57,775 nucleotides of DNA from a virus (IMGVR_UViG_3300033996_000257:1-57775); one strand, 5' to 3'; counted from the stretch's first letter, positions 1 to 9,079 are shown. Translations and numbers: made by a program. The notes: generated from the sequence alone by a model not told the origin.

Positions 1-302
1 CATTTTGCGCAACTTGCCACTCTAGTGGGTATCGGCATCTTCAATACTGGCGGGGTTTCAACCAATGTCCAGCCCACAATACCTATCTATATATAAGAGA
101 TAAAAAGATAAATATATATATATATACATACAAGTGGACACTTAAAAAGAAAAAAAAGAAAAAAGGTTGAAGCTTTCTGGAAATCAGATAGGTATCGAGG
201 GATGAAGTAGTAGAATTGCCAGTAAACATCGAGCATTCCCGATACCCACTAGTTTGTCCGACTCAGCAAAATGGTGGGTATGCTCGACCAACAAGTGGGT
301 AT
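1..302. repeat. Nested inverted repeats around an AT-rich core; candidate replication origin
   Basis: Arm pairs 1-8/266-273, 22-35/239-252, 45-51/218-224, 79-88/186-195; TA repeats and A-tracts at ~89-165; GTGGGTAT four times. Confidence 0.6.
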
Positions 303-329
303 TGTCTAGTGAAATGAAAGGTCTTTCTC

Positions 330-968
330 ATGCAAAAGGACTACAAAAAATGTAACAAGTGCGGCACAGAAAAGCCCGTTGCCCAATTCAAACGCCGCTT
401 ATCTCGTGCACAAATGCATGCTCGTGGCATGAAAGGTGAAGTGCTCATGACCATCACCTCAAAGAACTGCAAAGACTGCCAACCCAAGCGCAAGCCCCCG
501 AGCAAGCAAACGCCCAAGCAACTGCACAACATGGTGGTGAGTGGCGACATCAGCGAAGCGAGGGCGAAGCAGATACTGGCTGAACGCCAAAGGATGGCGG
601 TGTTGCTACAAAGCCGAGCACGCTACGAAGCGTGGGTAGATAAGTGGCGTAAACAACTCAAAGAAACCCTTGCACCCATGACATACGAAATCCACAAGGT
701 GAAGGCACAGATACGCTACGCCGCCCAAGCGGGGCATGGCGAGTACGAAGGGCTGTTGGAGAAGTACGAGTCGGTACTTAGAAGAGAGAAGGGACGCATA
801 CTGCTCGACTTCGAGGCAGACCCACACAAGTACAAAAGCATTAAAGAAAACTGGTGGGACTTGGTGTCCGAGTTCGGGGTCGAGTCTTTGCGTGACAGGT
901 GGATAAGCATAAGGAAGGAGGACAAAGCGAACATGAAAGTGCCCGAGCTACTGGCTCGGCGTAAGTAA
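330..968 (+). CDS. Hypothetical basic protein with N-terminal Zn-finger-like motif
   Basis: 212 aa; CNKC...CKDC; AAAGG upstream. Confidence 0.75.
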   Translation: MQKDYKKCNKCGTEKPVAQFKRRLSRAQMHARGMKGEVLMTITSKNCKDCQPKRKPPSKQTPKQLHNMVVSGDISEARAKQILAERQRMAVLLQSRARYEAWVDKWRKQLKETLAPMTYEIHKVKAQIRYAAQAGHGEYEGLLEKYESVLRREKGRILLDFEADPHKYKSIKENWWDLVSEFGVESLRDRWISIRKEDKANMKVPELLARRK

Positions 969-1008
969 CTGGCAGACATGGTGTCTGCGAGTTTCAGACG
1001 AAGTCTGA
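967..1008. promoter_or_regulatory. Two adjacent CAGAC/GTCTG palindromes (operator or hairpin)
   Basis: GCAGACA-TGG-TGTCTGC at 972-988 and TCAGAC-GAA-GTCTGA at 994-1008, intergenic. Confidence 0.55.
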
Positions 1009-1030
1009 TAAACAACTTTGGGAGAGAAGA

Positions 1031-1210
1031 ATGAATGATGACTTGTTTGCGTTGCCGTTCCATGAGTACATGGCGCGGCGTACCAAGTTTGCGGTGGACA
1101 GGATGCAGAGGGACAACCTGATTGACCCTGTCTACGCAAGCATTGCGTTACTCCAAGCGATGTGGGCGCGGGAGTATTGGTTTAAAAAGAATGAGGAGGA
1201 AACAGAATGA
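1031..1210 (+). CDS. Hypothetical protein, 59 aa (not in ORF track)
   Basis: MNDDLFALPFHEY...EEETE; GGAG SD; ATGA overlap with the next gene. Confidence 0.7.
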   Translation: MNDDLFALPFHEYMARRTKFAVDRMQRDNLIDPVYASIALLQAMWAREYWFKKNEEETE

Positions 1211-1386
1211 TTAAAGAACAAGAACACGATTGGCACATCGAGCTTGTGCACATAAGGGCGCAACTGAGCTATGCAGTGGACAACCTTGACAGCATCAGCA
1301 AACGCCACGAAGTAGCACTGAAGCTTGAGAATGTGCTGTACCGCATACATGAGCTGTGCGAACTAACCCAAGGAGAAAGCAAATGA
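1207..1386 (+). CDS. Hypothetical protein, 59 aa (not in ORF track)
   Basis: MIKEQEHDWHIEL...QGESK; GAGGAGG SD; ATGA overlaps at both ends. Confidence 0.7.
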   Translation: MIKEQEHDWHIELVHIRAQLSYAVDNLDSISKRHEVALKLENVLYRIHELCELTQGESK

Positions 1387-1736
1387 AAACAAGTGAACTG
1401 ACAAGACACGCCCTTAACTGGGCGGTGTCGCAGGTCGAGGGCATAGACCACGATACGGCTATTCTTAACATCACTATTGGTGATGACAACGGCTGGTTCC
1501 TCGACTACCTGACTTGGGAGCAAGGCGGGCCGATTATTGAGCGGGAGCTTATTGAGATTTACCCATTGTGCAATGTTGAATGGGGGGCGCGTAAAGTAAA
1601 TGATGAGGGTGACTTGATGCGCTTTTATGGCGACACCCCACTGATTGCCGCTATGCGGTGCTATGTAGCAAGCAAGCTTGGCGATGAAGTCGAGATACCA
1701 ACAGAGTTAACACAAGGAGAAGTAAATGAAGATTGA
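1383..1736 (+). CDS. DUF2591/NinX-like phage protein
   Basis: MKTSEL...LNWAV, W.QGGPIIERE, GDTPLIAAMRCYVASKLG; AGGAG SD. Confidence 0.8.
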   Translation: MKTSELTRHALNWAVSQVEGIDHDTAILNITIGDDNGWFLDYLTWEQGGPIIERELIEIYPLCNVEWGARKVNDEGDLMRFYGDTPLIAAMRCYVASKLGDEVEIPTELTQGEVNED

Positions 1737-1911
1737 AATTGATATTGATGAGTTGATTGAGGAAGCGGTCAAACACATGGAGGATGAAGATGATGTGCGT
1801 TGGTCTGTCGGCATGGCACTGCAAGTGCTGTACGAGGACAAGTGGCTGGAGGTACAGGAACGGCTAAACCAACTGTATCTTGAGCGGGTCAAAGAAAACA
1901 CGTTCTCGTAA
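1726..1911 (+). CDS. Small acidic hypothetical protein
   Basis: 61 aa, AGGAG SD. Confidence 0.7.
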   Translation: MKIEIDIDELIEEAVKHMEDEDDVRWSVGMALQVLYEDKWLEVQERLNQLYLERVKENTFS

Positions 1912-1926
1912 AGAGGGGGTAGCAGA

Positions 1927-2136
1927 GTGAACAAGGACATGTCGGAATTTATAAACAAACTTATTTTGGAGAGACGAATGAACCCAATAGACGAAAAAGA
2001 CTTAGAGTCAATCTTGCACCGCTTGGTTGTGGACATAGCCAAGAACAAGGAAGTGTTGTGTTACTTGGCAAGCAAGCAATCGTTTGCTGAATTGCTTCAC
2101 ATGATGGGACATTTATTTAACCCAAGGAAAGACTAA
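1927..2136 (+). CDS. Hypothetical protein
   Basis: 69 aa, GTG start, GAGGGG SD. Confidence 0.65.
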   Translation: MNKDMSEFINKLILERRMNPIDEKDLESILHRLVVDIAKNKEVLCYLASKQSFAELLHMMGHLFNPRKD

Positions 2137-2140
2137 CAAC

Positions 2141-2224
2141 ATGACCAACCTCACCTTTGTGCTTGTGTACACAGCCGCACTCGTAGTACTCCTCCTCGAC
2201 CTATTCGCATGGCGCATAGCGTAG
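2141..2224 (+). CDS. 27-aa single-TM peptide (not in ORF track)
   Basis: MTNLTFVLVYTAALVVLLLDLFAWRIA; AAGGA upstream. Confidence 0.55.
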   Translation: MTNLTFVLVYTAALVVLLLDLFAWRIA

Positions 2225-2243
2225 GGAACACTCATCGTAGAAA

Positions 2244-2270
2244 AACTCGCAGACATGGTGTCTGCCAGTT
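2244..2270. promoter_or_regulatory. Second copy of the GCAGACATGGTGTCTGC palindrome
   Basis: 17-bp core at 2249-2265 identical to 972-988, with AACT/AGTT flanks. Confidence 0.55.
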
Positions 2271-2315
2271 GCGTCGTTGGTGCGCTTCACCAACATTTTA
2301 AAAAGGAAAGCAATC

Positions 2316-2945
2316 ATGAACCAAGTAACTCAAACCGAAACGCAAGCTTTGGAACAAGCAACACAGCCCACCCCCGAGGTAGCCCCAACGCCTCAGCCCA
2401 AGCAAACGCTTATCCACACCCTGCTTCACGCCATCAATGAACACATCGACACGCAAGTCAACGAGAAGGTCAGCGCCGTCCTAGAAGCTCATAGTGCCGT
2501 GCGATATATCGACGAGTCGTTTAAAGACGCAATCCAAGAAATATCAGAGAACTGTGTGCGTGAGCATGAGGACAGTGAGGAACACCTGACTCAAGAAAGC
2601 GTGCGTGAAATCATGGACGACATGATTACCGAGCAAGTACGCAGAGAGGTGCGGGACACAGACATCAGCGACCAGATACACGACGCAATCACAGACTATG
2701 ACTTCGATGACAAGTTTGATGCGTACGATGTTGACGACAAGATTGAGATGTACCTAGACAACAACGACTATCCCGACGCAGACCGCGTGGAGGAAATGAT
2801 TACTGAAACTGTGGAGGAGATGCTTGACAAGAAATTAAAAGAAGCACTGAGCAAAGTGATAGACGAGTATGTTGAGAAAGCAATACACAAAGAAATGGAG
2901 GAATGGAATGTACGAGTCGTGTGGGACAGAAATCGTGGAATTTGA
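2316..2945 (+). CDS. Highly acidic helical hypothetical protein
   Basis: Start moved to the ATG after AAGGAAAGCAATC; D/E-rich pseudo-repeats. Confidence 0.8.
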   Translation: MNQVTQTETQALEQATQPTPEVAPTPQPKQTLIHTLLHAINEHIDTQVNEKVSAVLEAHSAVRYIDESFKDAIQEISENCVREHEDSEEHLTQESVREIMDDMITEQVRREVRDTDISDQIHDAITDYDFDDKFDAYDVDDKIEMYLDNNDYPDADRVEEMITETVEEMLDKKLKEALSKVIDEYVEKAIHKEMEEWNVRVVWDRNRGI

Positions 2946-3579
2946 AGACCTCGACCAACGAGCCAAGGACAACGCCATACACCTGTATGGCGAGCCGCCC
3001 GATGATTGGTACGAGTGTGTGTACGACAGCTTCAAAGAAGATGGACGCGCTAAGGGTTTCGTCATTGATGATATTCAATTTAGCGGGTTCTGTTCTCAAG
3101 GCGATGGTGCTTCTTGGACAGGGCATATTGAATTGATTCGCTTCATAGAAGCGTGTGTGCCACAAGACCATCCAGAGTTCTCAAGGTACACAGTACTGGT
3201 AGAGCTTATGCGTAATGCGTGGGTAGACCCAACGATGGGCGTGTCACGCAGGTCGTTCTACTACAACCACTCAGGGACGATGAGCTACGAAAGCATCAAA
3301 TCCCACGCATCTTTGGGTGAGGACTACGGCGACTTGATAGACAGAGGCATCTTGGAAGGTGCGTCAGTCTATGAACTAGAGCAAGCAATCGACACCGAGC
3401 GCTTGGTCTGTGAGCTTGAAGAGTTTGCGATTAGTCGGGCAAAGGAATACGCCGATGAAATCTATGACGCTTTGAGACAGGCGTATGAGGGCTATACGAG
3501 TGAGGAATCATTCAAAGAACTCATATACATCAATGGTTGGAGATTTAACAACAAGGGGGAGATGCAAGATGGGGTATAG
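2908..3579 (+). CDS. Conserved acidic protein resembling a family often labelled 'antitoxin of toxin-antitoxin stability system'
   Basis: F.DL..RAK..A N-terminus, FSGFCSQGDGASW motif, NGWRFNNKGE C-terminus; GGAGG SD. Confidence 0.6.
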   Translation: MYESCGTEIVEFEDLDQRAKDNAIHLYGEPPDDWYECVYDSFKEDGRAKGFVIDDIQFSGFCSQGDGASWTGHIELIRFIEACVPQDHPEFSRYTVLVELMRNAWVDPTMGVSRRSFYYNHSGTMSYESIKSHASLGEDYGDLIDRGILEGASVYELEQAIDTERLVCELEEFAISRAKEYADEIYDALRQAYEGYTSEESFKELIYINGWRFNNKGEMQDGV

Positions 3580-3958
3580 GTCAGATGTAGCGTATGTCAT
3601 ACGCTTTGAAACAGCAGAGCAACGAGACACATTCGTTGAGTTGGTCAGGCATCGCAACGATGGTATGTCAGAGGCAATCAAAGAATGCGAGACAAGGTAT
3701 GAGCAACCAATCATCACATTCGAGGTAGAGGATGTGAAGTGGTACGCAGACTACGACGATGTGAAAGCACACAACGCAATTCTGGATTGGTCAATCGAGC
3801 TTTATCCAGAGGCAGGCTACCGCATCACGCAGATGGGTGAGGATGGTGTAGAAGAGTCAAACCAAGGCGGTGATACAGACGACATTTGGGACTACATCTA
3901 CACATCGCACTCACTCAACACAGAGTTCCCCGCAATCAAATCAACAACACAGGAGTAA
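3569..3958 (+). CDS. Conserved phage hypothetical protein (MGYRSDV-type)
   Basis: Acidic, 129 aa; GGAG SD. Confidence 0.75.
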   Translation: MGYRSDVAYVIRFETAEQRDTFVELVRHRNDGMSEAIKECETRYEQPIITFEVEDVKWYADYDDVKAHNAILDWSIELYPEAGYRITQMGEDGVEESNQGGDTDDIWDYIYTSHSLNTEFPAIKSTTQE

Positions 3959-3963
3959 GCAAC

Positions 3964-4923
3964 ATGTTTGGAAACACAGTCAGAGCTTTACCTTGGGTGC
4001 GTGACTACGCCGAGGCAGAGAAGCAATTCAATGTACGCGGCGTAGTGCGTAGTAAGAAGTGGGCAGAGAACGAACGCCCTTTGTATAAAACGTACCACCA
4101 CTATCGTGTGGTCAAGCACGCCGAGTACTATGACTTGATGCTGTACCGCACAGTGATGGCAAGGTACTTCACACCGCAGACTATCGACGGCAAGCTACAT
4201 GAACGCTGTCTGTACATGGGCGACCAGTCCATAACAAGCAGAGACTTTATGTACCATGTGTTGGGTGTGGAGAGAGGGCTTAGAGAAGTCATGCCTGATG
4301 GGACAAAGGTGATAGCACCCATCTATCACAGGTCGTCGCTACACCACGATGGCAATGACTTCAGTGCCGACTACCTATACGTGGATGGCGTGTTGGACAC
4401 CAGCAAATCAGTGCACACAAGACACTACCGCAAAGTCTCAAGCAAAGACGACAAAGCACATCGTGCTAAGGTAGTCAAGATGTTCGAGCCATACATCATG
4501 ATGGCACAGATGCGTATGCCTGAGTTCCATGCAAACACAGAGGTCAACAAAAACTATGGCACACCCTTCAGTGGGGGCAGTGAACGCAGGTATCAAGAAT
4601 CAATAATTGATATGTCAGAAGGTAGCACCGACCAGATAGCTATCAATCACTTCTTTCAGATGTGTCAGAACGCATACGAAGTGCTTATATCCAAGCGGGC
4701 ATACGCGCAACCCAACTTCAACATGGGGTCAACGTACCACAAAAGACCCGCTGACTCCATCGACAAGCTTGAGAAACCAATAACCCCGCCTGAGTTTCGT
4801 TCCGCCATCATCGGGCGCATCAATAGGCTGACAGGTGCACACGAACGCACCGAGTTGGTAGAGATTCCACAATTCGTTGTGGAGAGTGATTACCCCCGCA
4901 CAAACATCGTGCTTAAAGGGTAA
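3964..4923 (+). CDS. Hypothetical protein
   Basis: 319 aa from the ATG after AGGAG. Confidence 0.8.
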   Translation: MFGNTVRALPWVRDYAEAEKQFNVRGVVRSKKWAENERPLYKTYHHYRVVKHAEYYDLMLYRTVMARYFTPQTIDGKLHERCLYMGDQSITSRDFMYHVLGVERGLREVMPDGTKVIAPIYHRSSLHHDGNDFSADYLYVDGVLDTSKSVHTRHYRKVSSKDDKAHRAKVVKMFEPYIMMAQMRMPEFHANTEVNKNYGTPFSGGSERRYQESIIDMSEGSTDQIAINHFFQMCQNAYEVLISKRAYAQPNFNMGSTYHKRPADSIDKLEKPITPPEFRSAIIGRINRLTGAHERTELVEIPQFVVESDYPRTNIVLKG

Positions 4924-4938
4924 TCCCTAGCTCTGTCA

Positions 4939-4972
4939 AAGCTGTCAAAGCTTTGACAGCTTGTGTTATAGT
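4939..4972 (+). promoter_or_regulatory. Perfect 24-bp palindrome next to an extended -10 promoter
   Basis: AAGCTGTCAAAGCTTTGACAGCTT at 4939-4962, then TGtTATAGT at 4964-4972. Confidence 0.65.
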
Positions 4973-4995
4973 GTTGAACATAACAGGAGAAGCAA

Positions 4996-6186
4996 ATGAG
5001 TTTCGAGAAGATGACCCTCAACCAACGCATACAAGCGGTCAACATAGACTGCATGCGGCATCCAAAATTTGCACTGCTCAGCGCAGTGATATGTATGGGC
5101 AAGTCTGAGGTATCAGACAAGGTGCCTACTGCATCAACCAATGGGCGTGACAAGAAGTACGGCTCAGCGTTCATCACCCCACTCAACCGCAAGCAACTGC
5201 GGTATCTAGCACTGCATGAGAACTTCCACGTTGCACTCAAGCATTGTGTGTTGTATCGCGCAGAGAACAAGCGCATGCCTAAGCTTTGCAACATTGCTCA
5301 GGACTATGTGGTCAATGCACTCATCGAAGAGCTTGACCCTAACTTCGAGTTTGTTGAACGTCCAACACCAAACCTGTTGATTGACCGCAAGTACTTCGGT
5401 TGGTCTTTCCCTCAGGTACTCAATGACCTCATCAAACAAGGGCGCAAAGAACCCGAAGATGGTGAGGGTGGCGATGACCACGGATACGATGAGCCCATCG
5501 ACGCGCATGAGGATGGTGAGTTTGCTGAGGACGAGAAAGAGAAGCTAGGCAAACAGATTGACGATGCCAATAGGCAAGGCGAGATGCTTGCGCGTAAGTT
5601 AGCAGGTCAAGGTGCAGGTGGTCGTGACATCTTTGGTCATGCCAAGGAACGCATCACTGACTGGATACCCTCCATGCAAGACTGGATAACCTCTGTGTCC
5701 CAAGGTGATGACAACTCACGCTTCTGTCCCCCCAACAAGCGACTGCTTGCGTCTGGCTACATCATGCCATCGCACTACACCGAGACAGTCGGTGAGTTGA
5801 TACTCGCACCCGACACATCAGGTTCTATGTATCCGCACTATCGTCTGCTCTTTGGTGAAATCTCTCGCATCTGTCAGCTAGTCAAGCCCGAGACTGTTCG
5901 CATCTTGTGGTGGGATGACGCTGTGTGTGGCGACCAAGTATTCAAACCAAATGAATATGAACTGATTGCATCTCTCTTGAAACCTCAAGGCGGTGGCGGC
6001 ACAACTCCGCAAGTTGTCGTTGACTACATTCGTGAGCACAAGATAGATGCCAAAGGAATCGTATGGCTGACCGATGGATACCTCGGTTGCGATACGCCTA
6101 GCACCCCGATGCCGTCACTGTGGGGTGTGGTGGACAACGACTCGTTCGTTCCCACTCACGGCAAGGTCTTGCATATCTCTCTTTAA
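4996..6186 (+). CDS. DUF2201-like metallopeptidase fused to a vWA domain
   Basis: TASTNG, HENFH (HExxH), N.A.D..VN; MIDAS DTSGS, GGGGT, LTDG. Confidence 0.88.
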   Translation: MSFEKMTLNQRIQAVNIDCMRHPKFALLSAVICMGKSEVSDKVPTASTNGRDKKYGSAFITPLNRKQLRYLALHENFHVALKHCVLYRAENKRMPKLCNIAQDYVVNALIEELDPNFEFVERPTPNLLIDRKYFGWSFPQVLNDLIKQGRKEPEDGEGGDDHGYDEPIDAHEDGEFAEDEKEKLGKQIDDANRQGEMLARKLAGQGAGGRDIFGHAKERITDWIPSMQDWITSVSQGDDNSRFCPPNKRLLASGYIMPSHYTETVGELILAPDTSGSMYPHYRLLFGEISRICQLVKPETVRILWWDDAVCGDQVFKPNEYELIASLLKPQGGGGTTPQVVVDYIREHKIDAKGIVWLTDGYLGCDTPSTPMPSLWGVVDNDSFVPTHGKVLHISL

Positions 6187-6206
6187 TCAACTCAAGGAAA
6201 GCAATC

Positions 6207-7331
6207 ATGAATCAATATCTCTCTTCTTCTCAAGTCATCGACCTAATCGCCGCTGTTGGTCACAAGCGCACCATCATTGTCGAGGGCGAGAACGGCATCG
6301 GCAAGACTGCGCTGTTCCACCAACTCAAGCGTATGCCTAAGTTTGCCAATCACATTGCCGTTGACCCTATCGACTGCACTCAGTTGTCCGATGGTTCTGT
6401 GTGGATGCCTGACCTTGACCGCGAGAACGGCGTGTCGCGTGAGCTTCCCAATGAACGCTTCGGTGTATCGAAGAACAATCAACGTGGTGTCAATGGTGGC
6501 AAACCAATCATCGCGTTCTTAGATGAGATTGCCAAAGCACCGCAGTTCATCAAGAACGTACTCGCGCCTATCGTGTACGAGCAACGTGTTGGCAACTACC
6601 ACTTCGTTGAGAACAGTATTGTCTTCGCCGCTACCAATCTATCGGTCGAGGGTCTTGGCGATTCCATTCAAGCTCACTTGCGTAATCGTCTTGTGTTCGT
6701 CAAGATGCGTAAGCCGACTGCTGTCGAGTGGGTGCGTTGGGCTACCGATGCGGGTATCAATCCTATGGTCATCGCATTCGTTGACAACAACCCGATGGTG
6801 ATGGACTCGTTCCTCGACTATGAGAAGGGCGGCAAGTATGAGGGCAAGACGTTATCCAAAGACAACGGACACATCTTCAATCCCAAGTCTGTGCAACTCG
6901 CGTATGCAACTCCTCGTTCACTCGCCGCCGCTGGTGATGTCTTGGATGAGGGCATGCACGTACTCGACGACGACACTCTTGAGCAAGCTCTAATCGGTAC
7001 TGTCGGTGTCGTTACTGCTGAGGCGATGGCATCGTTTGTTCGCTTCGGTCGTGACATCTGTGACTATGCACGCGTCATCGCTGACCCTGCTAAAGCACCG
7101 CTGTCCGACAACCCCACTGCGCAGTTGATTCAAGTCTTTCAGTTTGTGTCGCGTGCACAGACGAGAGAAGAAGCGGCGGCAGTTACTGAGTATGTGTGGC
7201 GCATGCGTGCAGAGATGCAGTCAATCTTCTGCAACACAGTGTCCACATCTCAGCGTGTAGGCGTGTTCGTTACCAACACTAACTTCGGCAAGATGTTGGC
7301 TGAGCACAAAATCTTTTTCGGCACCAAGTAA
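6207..7331 (+). CDS. MoxR-like AAA+ ATPase
   Basis: Walker A GENGIGKT, Walker B FLDE, ATN, LRNR, TPRS. Confidence 0.88.
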   Translation: MNQYLSSSQVIDLIAAVGHKRTIIVEGENGIGKTALFHQLKRMPKFANHIAVDPIDCTQLSDGSVWMPDLDRENGVSRELPNERFGVSKNNQRGVNGGKPIIAFLDEIAKAPQFIKNVLAPIVYEQRVGNYHFVENSIVFAATNLSVEGLGDSIQAHLRNRLVFVKMRKPTAVEWVRWATDAGINPMVIAFVDNNPMVMDSFLDYEKGGKYEGKTLSKDNGHIFNPKSVQLAYATPRSLAAAGDVLDEGMHVLDDDTLEQALIGTVGVVTAEAMASFVRFGRDICDYARVIADPAKAPLSDNPTAQLIQVFQFVSRAQTREEAAAVTEYVWRMRAEMQSIFCNTVSTSQRVGVFVTNTNFGKMLAEHKIFFGTK

Positions 7332-7352
7332 TCAACACAAAGGAAACCAATC

Positions 7353-8240
7353 ATGAATACAAACACCACTCCTCGTTACAACATTGACACATGCGCGATG
7401 CTTGTTGAATTCAATGCATCAGTATGGACAGCACGCAAGCTGGACAAGACAACAACCGATGAAGTTGTAGCAACTAAGCATGCCGCCGCCAAGGATGCGG
7501 CGCGTGTCAGCAAGCACCTGCTTGCAGGTCGCACAGAGTTGGAGGTTATCCAACAAGCTGTTGGTCGTGCGCGTCAGTATGTTTACGACAAAACATCGCC
7601 TTGGTCTGACTCCGGCTTGCGCTTGTTGCCAAACATATCGTTCATGGCGTTCACTGAGAAGCTCGATGACTTCGAGCATGAGTTCACTGCGTTGGTCAAG
7701 TCGTTTGTGACAATCTACCCCTCGTTGATTACTGCTCAAGCTATGGCTCTGGGTGATATGTTCAAGAGAGATGATTACCCAAGCGCGAATGAAATCATGA
7801 CCAAGTTCTCGTTCCGCGTGAACTACATGCCCGTACCCACATCGGGCGACTTCCGCGTAGACGTAGGCAATGCCGCACAAGCTGAGCTTAAAGCTAGGCT
7901 GGACAAGCTGACACAGGAACGCGTTGACAACGCTATGTCAGATGTGCGTGAACGACTTAGTTCCCACTTGAAGCGCATGTCCGACAGGTTGACTACTGAT
8001 TACGTACAAGGCGAAGCCAAGCCCCGACGTTTCCACGATACGTTGGTAGAAAGTGCATTGGAGTTGTGCGACCTGACCAAAGCACTTAACATTGTCAACG
8101 ACCCTGCATTAGAAACAGCGCGTCGTGACCTTGAGCAAGTGTTGGTTGGTGTTACGCCAACTGAGTTGCGTAAGAACGAAGCTGTGCGTCAAGACGTCAA
8201 GAAGAACGTCGATGCAATCTTAAGCAAATTTAGTTTCTAA
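7353..8240 (+). CDS. Helical protein accompanying the AAA/vWA pair (DUF3150-like)
   Basis: 295 aa; SKHLL, GLRLLP, DYPS motifs; gene context. Confidence 0.55.
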   Translation: MNTNTTPRYNIDTCAMLVEFNASVWTARKLDKTTTDEVVATKHAAAKDAARVSKHLLAGRTELEVIQQAVGRARQYVYDKTSPWSDSGLRLLPNISFMAFTEKLDDFEHEFTALVKSFVTIYPSLITAQAMALGDMFKRDDYPSANEIMTKFSFRVNYMPVPTSGDFRVDVGNAAQAELKARLDKLTQERVDNAMSDVRERLSSHLKRMSDRLTTDYVQGEAKPRRFHDTLVESALELCDLTKALNIVNDPALETARRDLEQVLVGVTPTELRKNEAVRQDVKKNVDAILSKFSF

Positions 8241-8255
8241 GAGGAGGGAACACTC

Positions 8256-8762
8256 ATGCCTGACATCCAGACTGCGCTGACCACCGCGCTTTCAGAGTGG
8301 GAAAAAGACGACCAAAAAATTCAACAGGAGAAACAAGTGCCAAAACATTTATTCAAATCAACAACCAACGTGACCCAAGAAACTTTCAACTACGTGCGAG
8401 ACAACCCTCGCCTGACGGGCGATAAGATACGCAAAGCTCTTGCAAAGAAAGGGTTGAACGAAGGGTCAGTGGGCTCATTGCTCACGCAGTTCACAAAGCA
8501 AGGGCAAATGGCTAAGACTGACGCAGGAGAGTACACAACACTTATTCCTGCTTATGCGCCGTTGAAGTCATCCAAAAAATTAAGAACCGAGGGTAAAAGC
8601 GTCAACAAACTTGTGCGCAAGCCAAAGAGTGTTGGCATTGCCGCGCTCAATGTCGGTACTACCCCAAAGGCTGCGCCTGATGTGGAAACCATGCTCAATG
8701 GTATGAGTATTGTGCAAGCACGCGCTATGTATGATGCCCTCAAGAAAATATTTGGAGGTTGA
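8256..8762 (+). CDS. Putative winged-HTH DNA-binding protein
   Basis: Basic; TFNYVRDNP.LT...SVGSLLTQF..QG pattern; GAGGAGG SD. Confidence 0.6.
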   Translation: MPDIQTALTTALSEWEKDDQKIQQEKQVPKHLFKSTTNVTQETFNYVRDNPRLTGDKIRKALAKKGLNEGSVGSLLTQFTKQGQMAKTDAGEYTTLIPAYAPLKSSKKLRTEGKSVNKLVRKPKSVGIAALNVGTTPKAAPDVETMLNGMSIVQARAMYDALKKIFGG

Positions 8763-8763
8763 C

Positions 8764-8883
8764 ATGTGGGATGTAATGGCTTTGATAGCTGTGCTGTTCA
8801 TCGGCCTTGGGCTTGGTGGTGTAGCCATAGCAGTGTTCTTGTACGCACTTGACTGGATGCAGAACGGAGGAAAGAATGATTGA
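8764..8883 (+). CDS. 39-aa single-TM peptide (not in ORF track)
   Basis: MWDVMALIAVLFIGLGLGGVAIAVFLYALDW...; GGAGGT SD. Confidence 0.65.
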   Translation: MWDVMALIAVLFIGLGLGGVAIAVFLYALDWMQNGGKND

Positions 8884-9079
8884 TGACCCCGAAGATGAAG
8901 CGTTCAACGAGATTGAACGGCAAGCACAGCAACGCAAGGAGGCTGTGAAAGCCAACGTATCGCTGAACCCATACCGAGCCCAAGTCATCGAGGAAGTGGC
9001 GCAAGCCATTGAGAAGATGCAAGGGTTTGGTCAGGACACGATCAATTCGTTTGCTATTTTTATCAGGGGATTGAAATGA
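8876..9079 (+). CDS. Hypothetical protein
   Basis: MIDDPEDEAFNEIE...; GGAGG SD. Confidence 0.7.
   Translation: MIDDPEDEAFNEIERQAQQRKEAVKANVSLNPYRAQVIEEVAQAIEKMQGFGQDTINSFAIFIRGLK

Noticed and set aside
4953-4972. TTGACA as the -35 for TATAGT
   Set aside because: Spacer is only 8 nt; TTGACA is half of the palindrome
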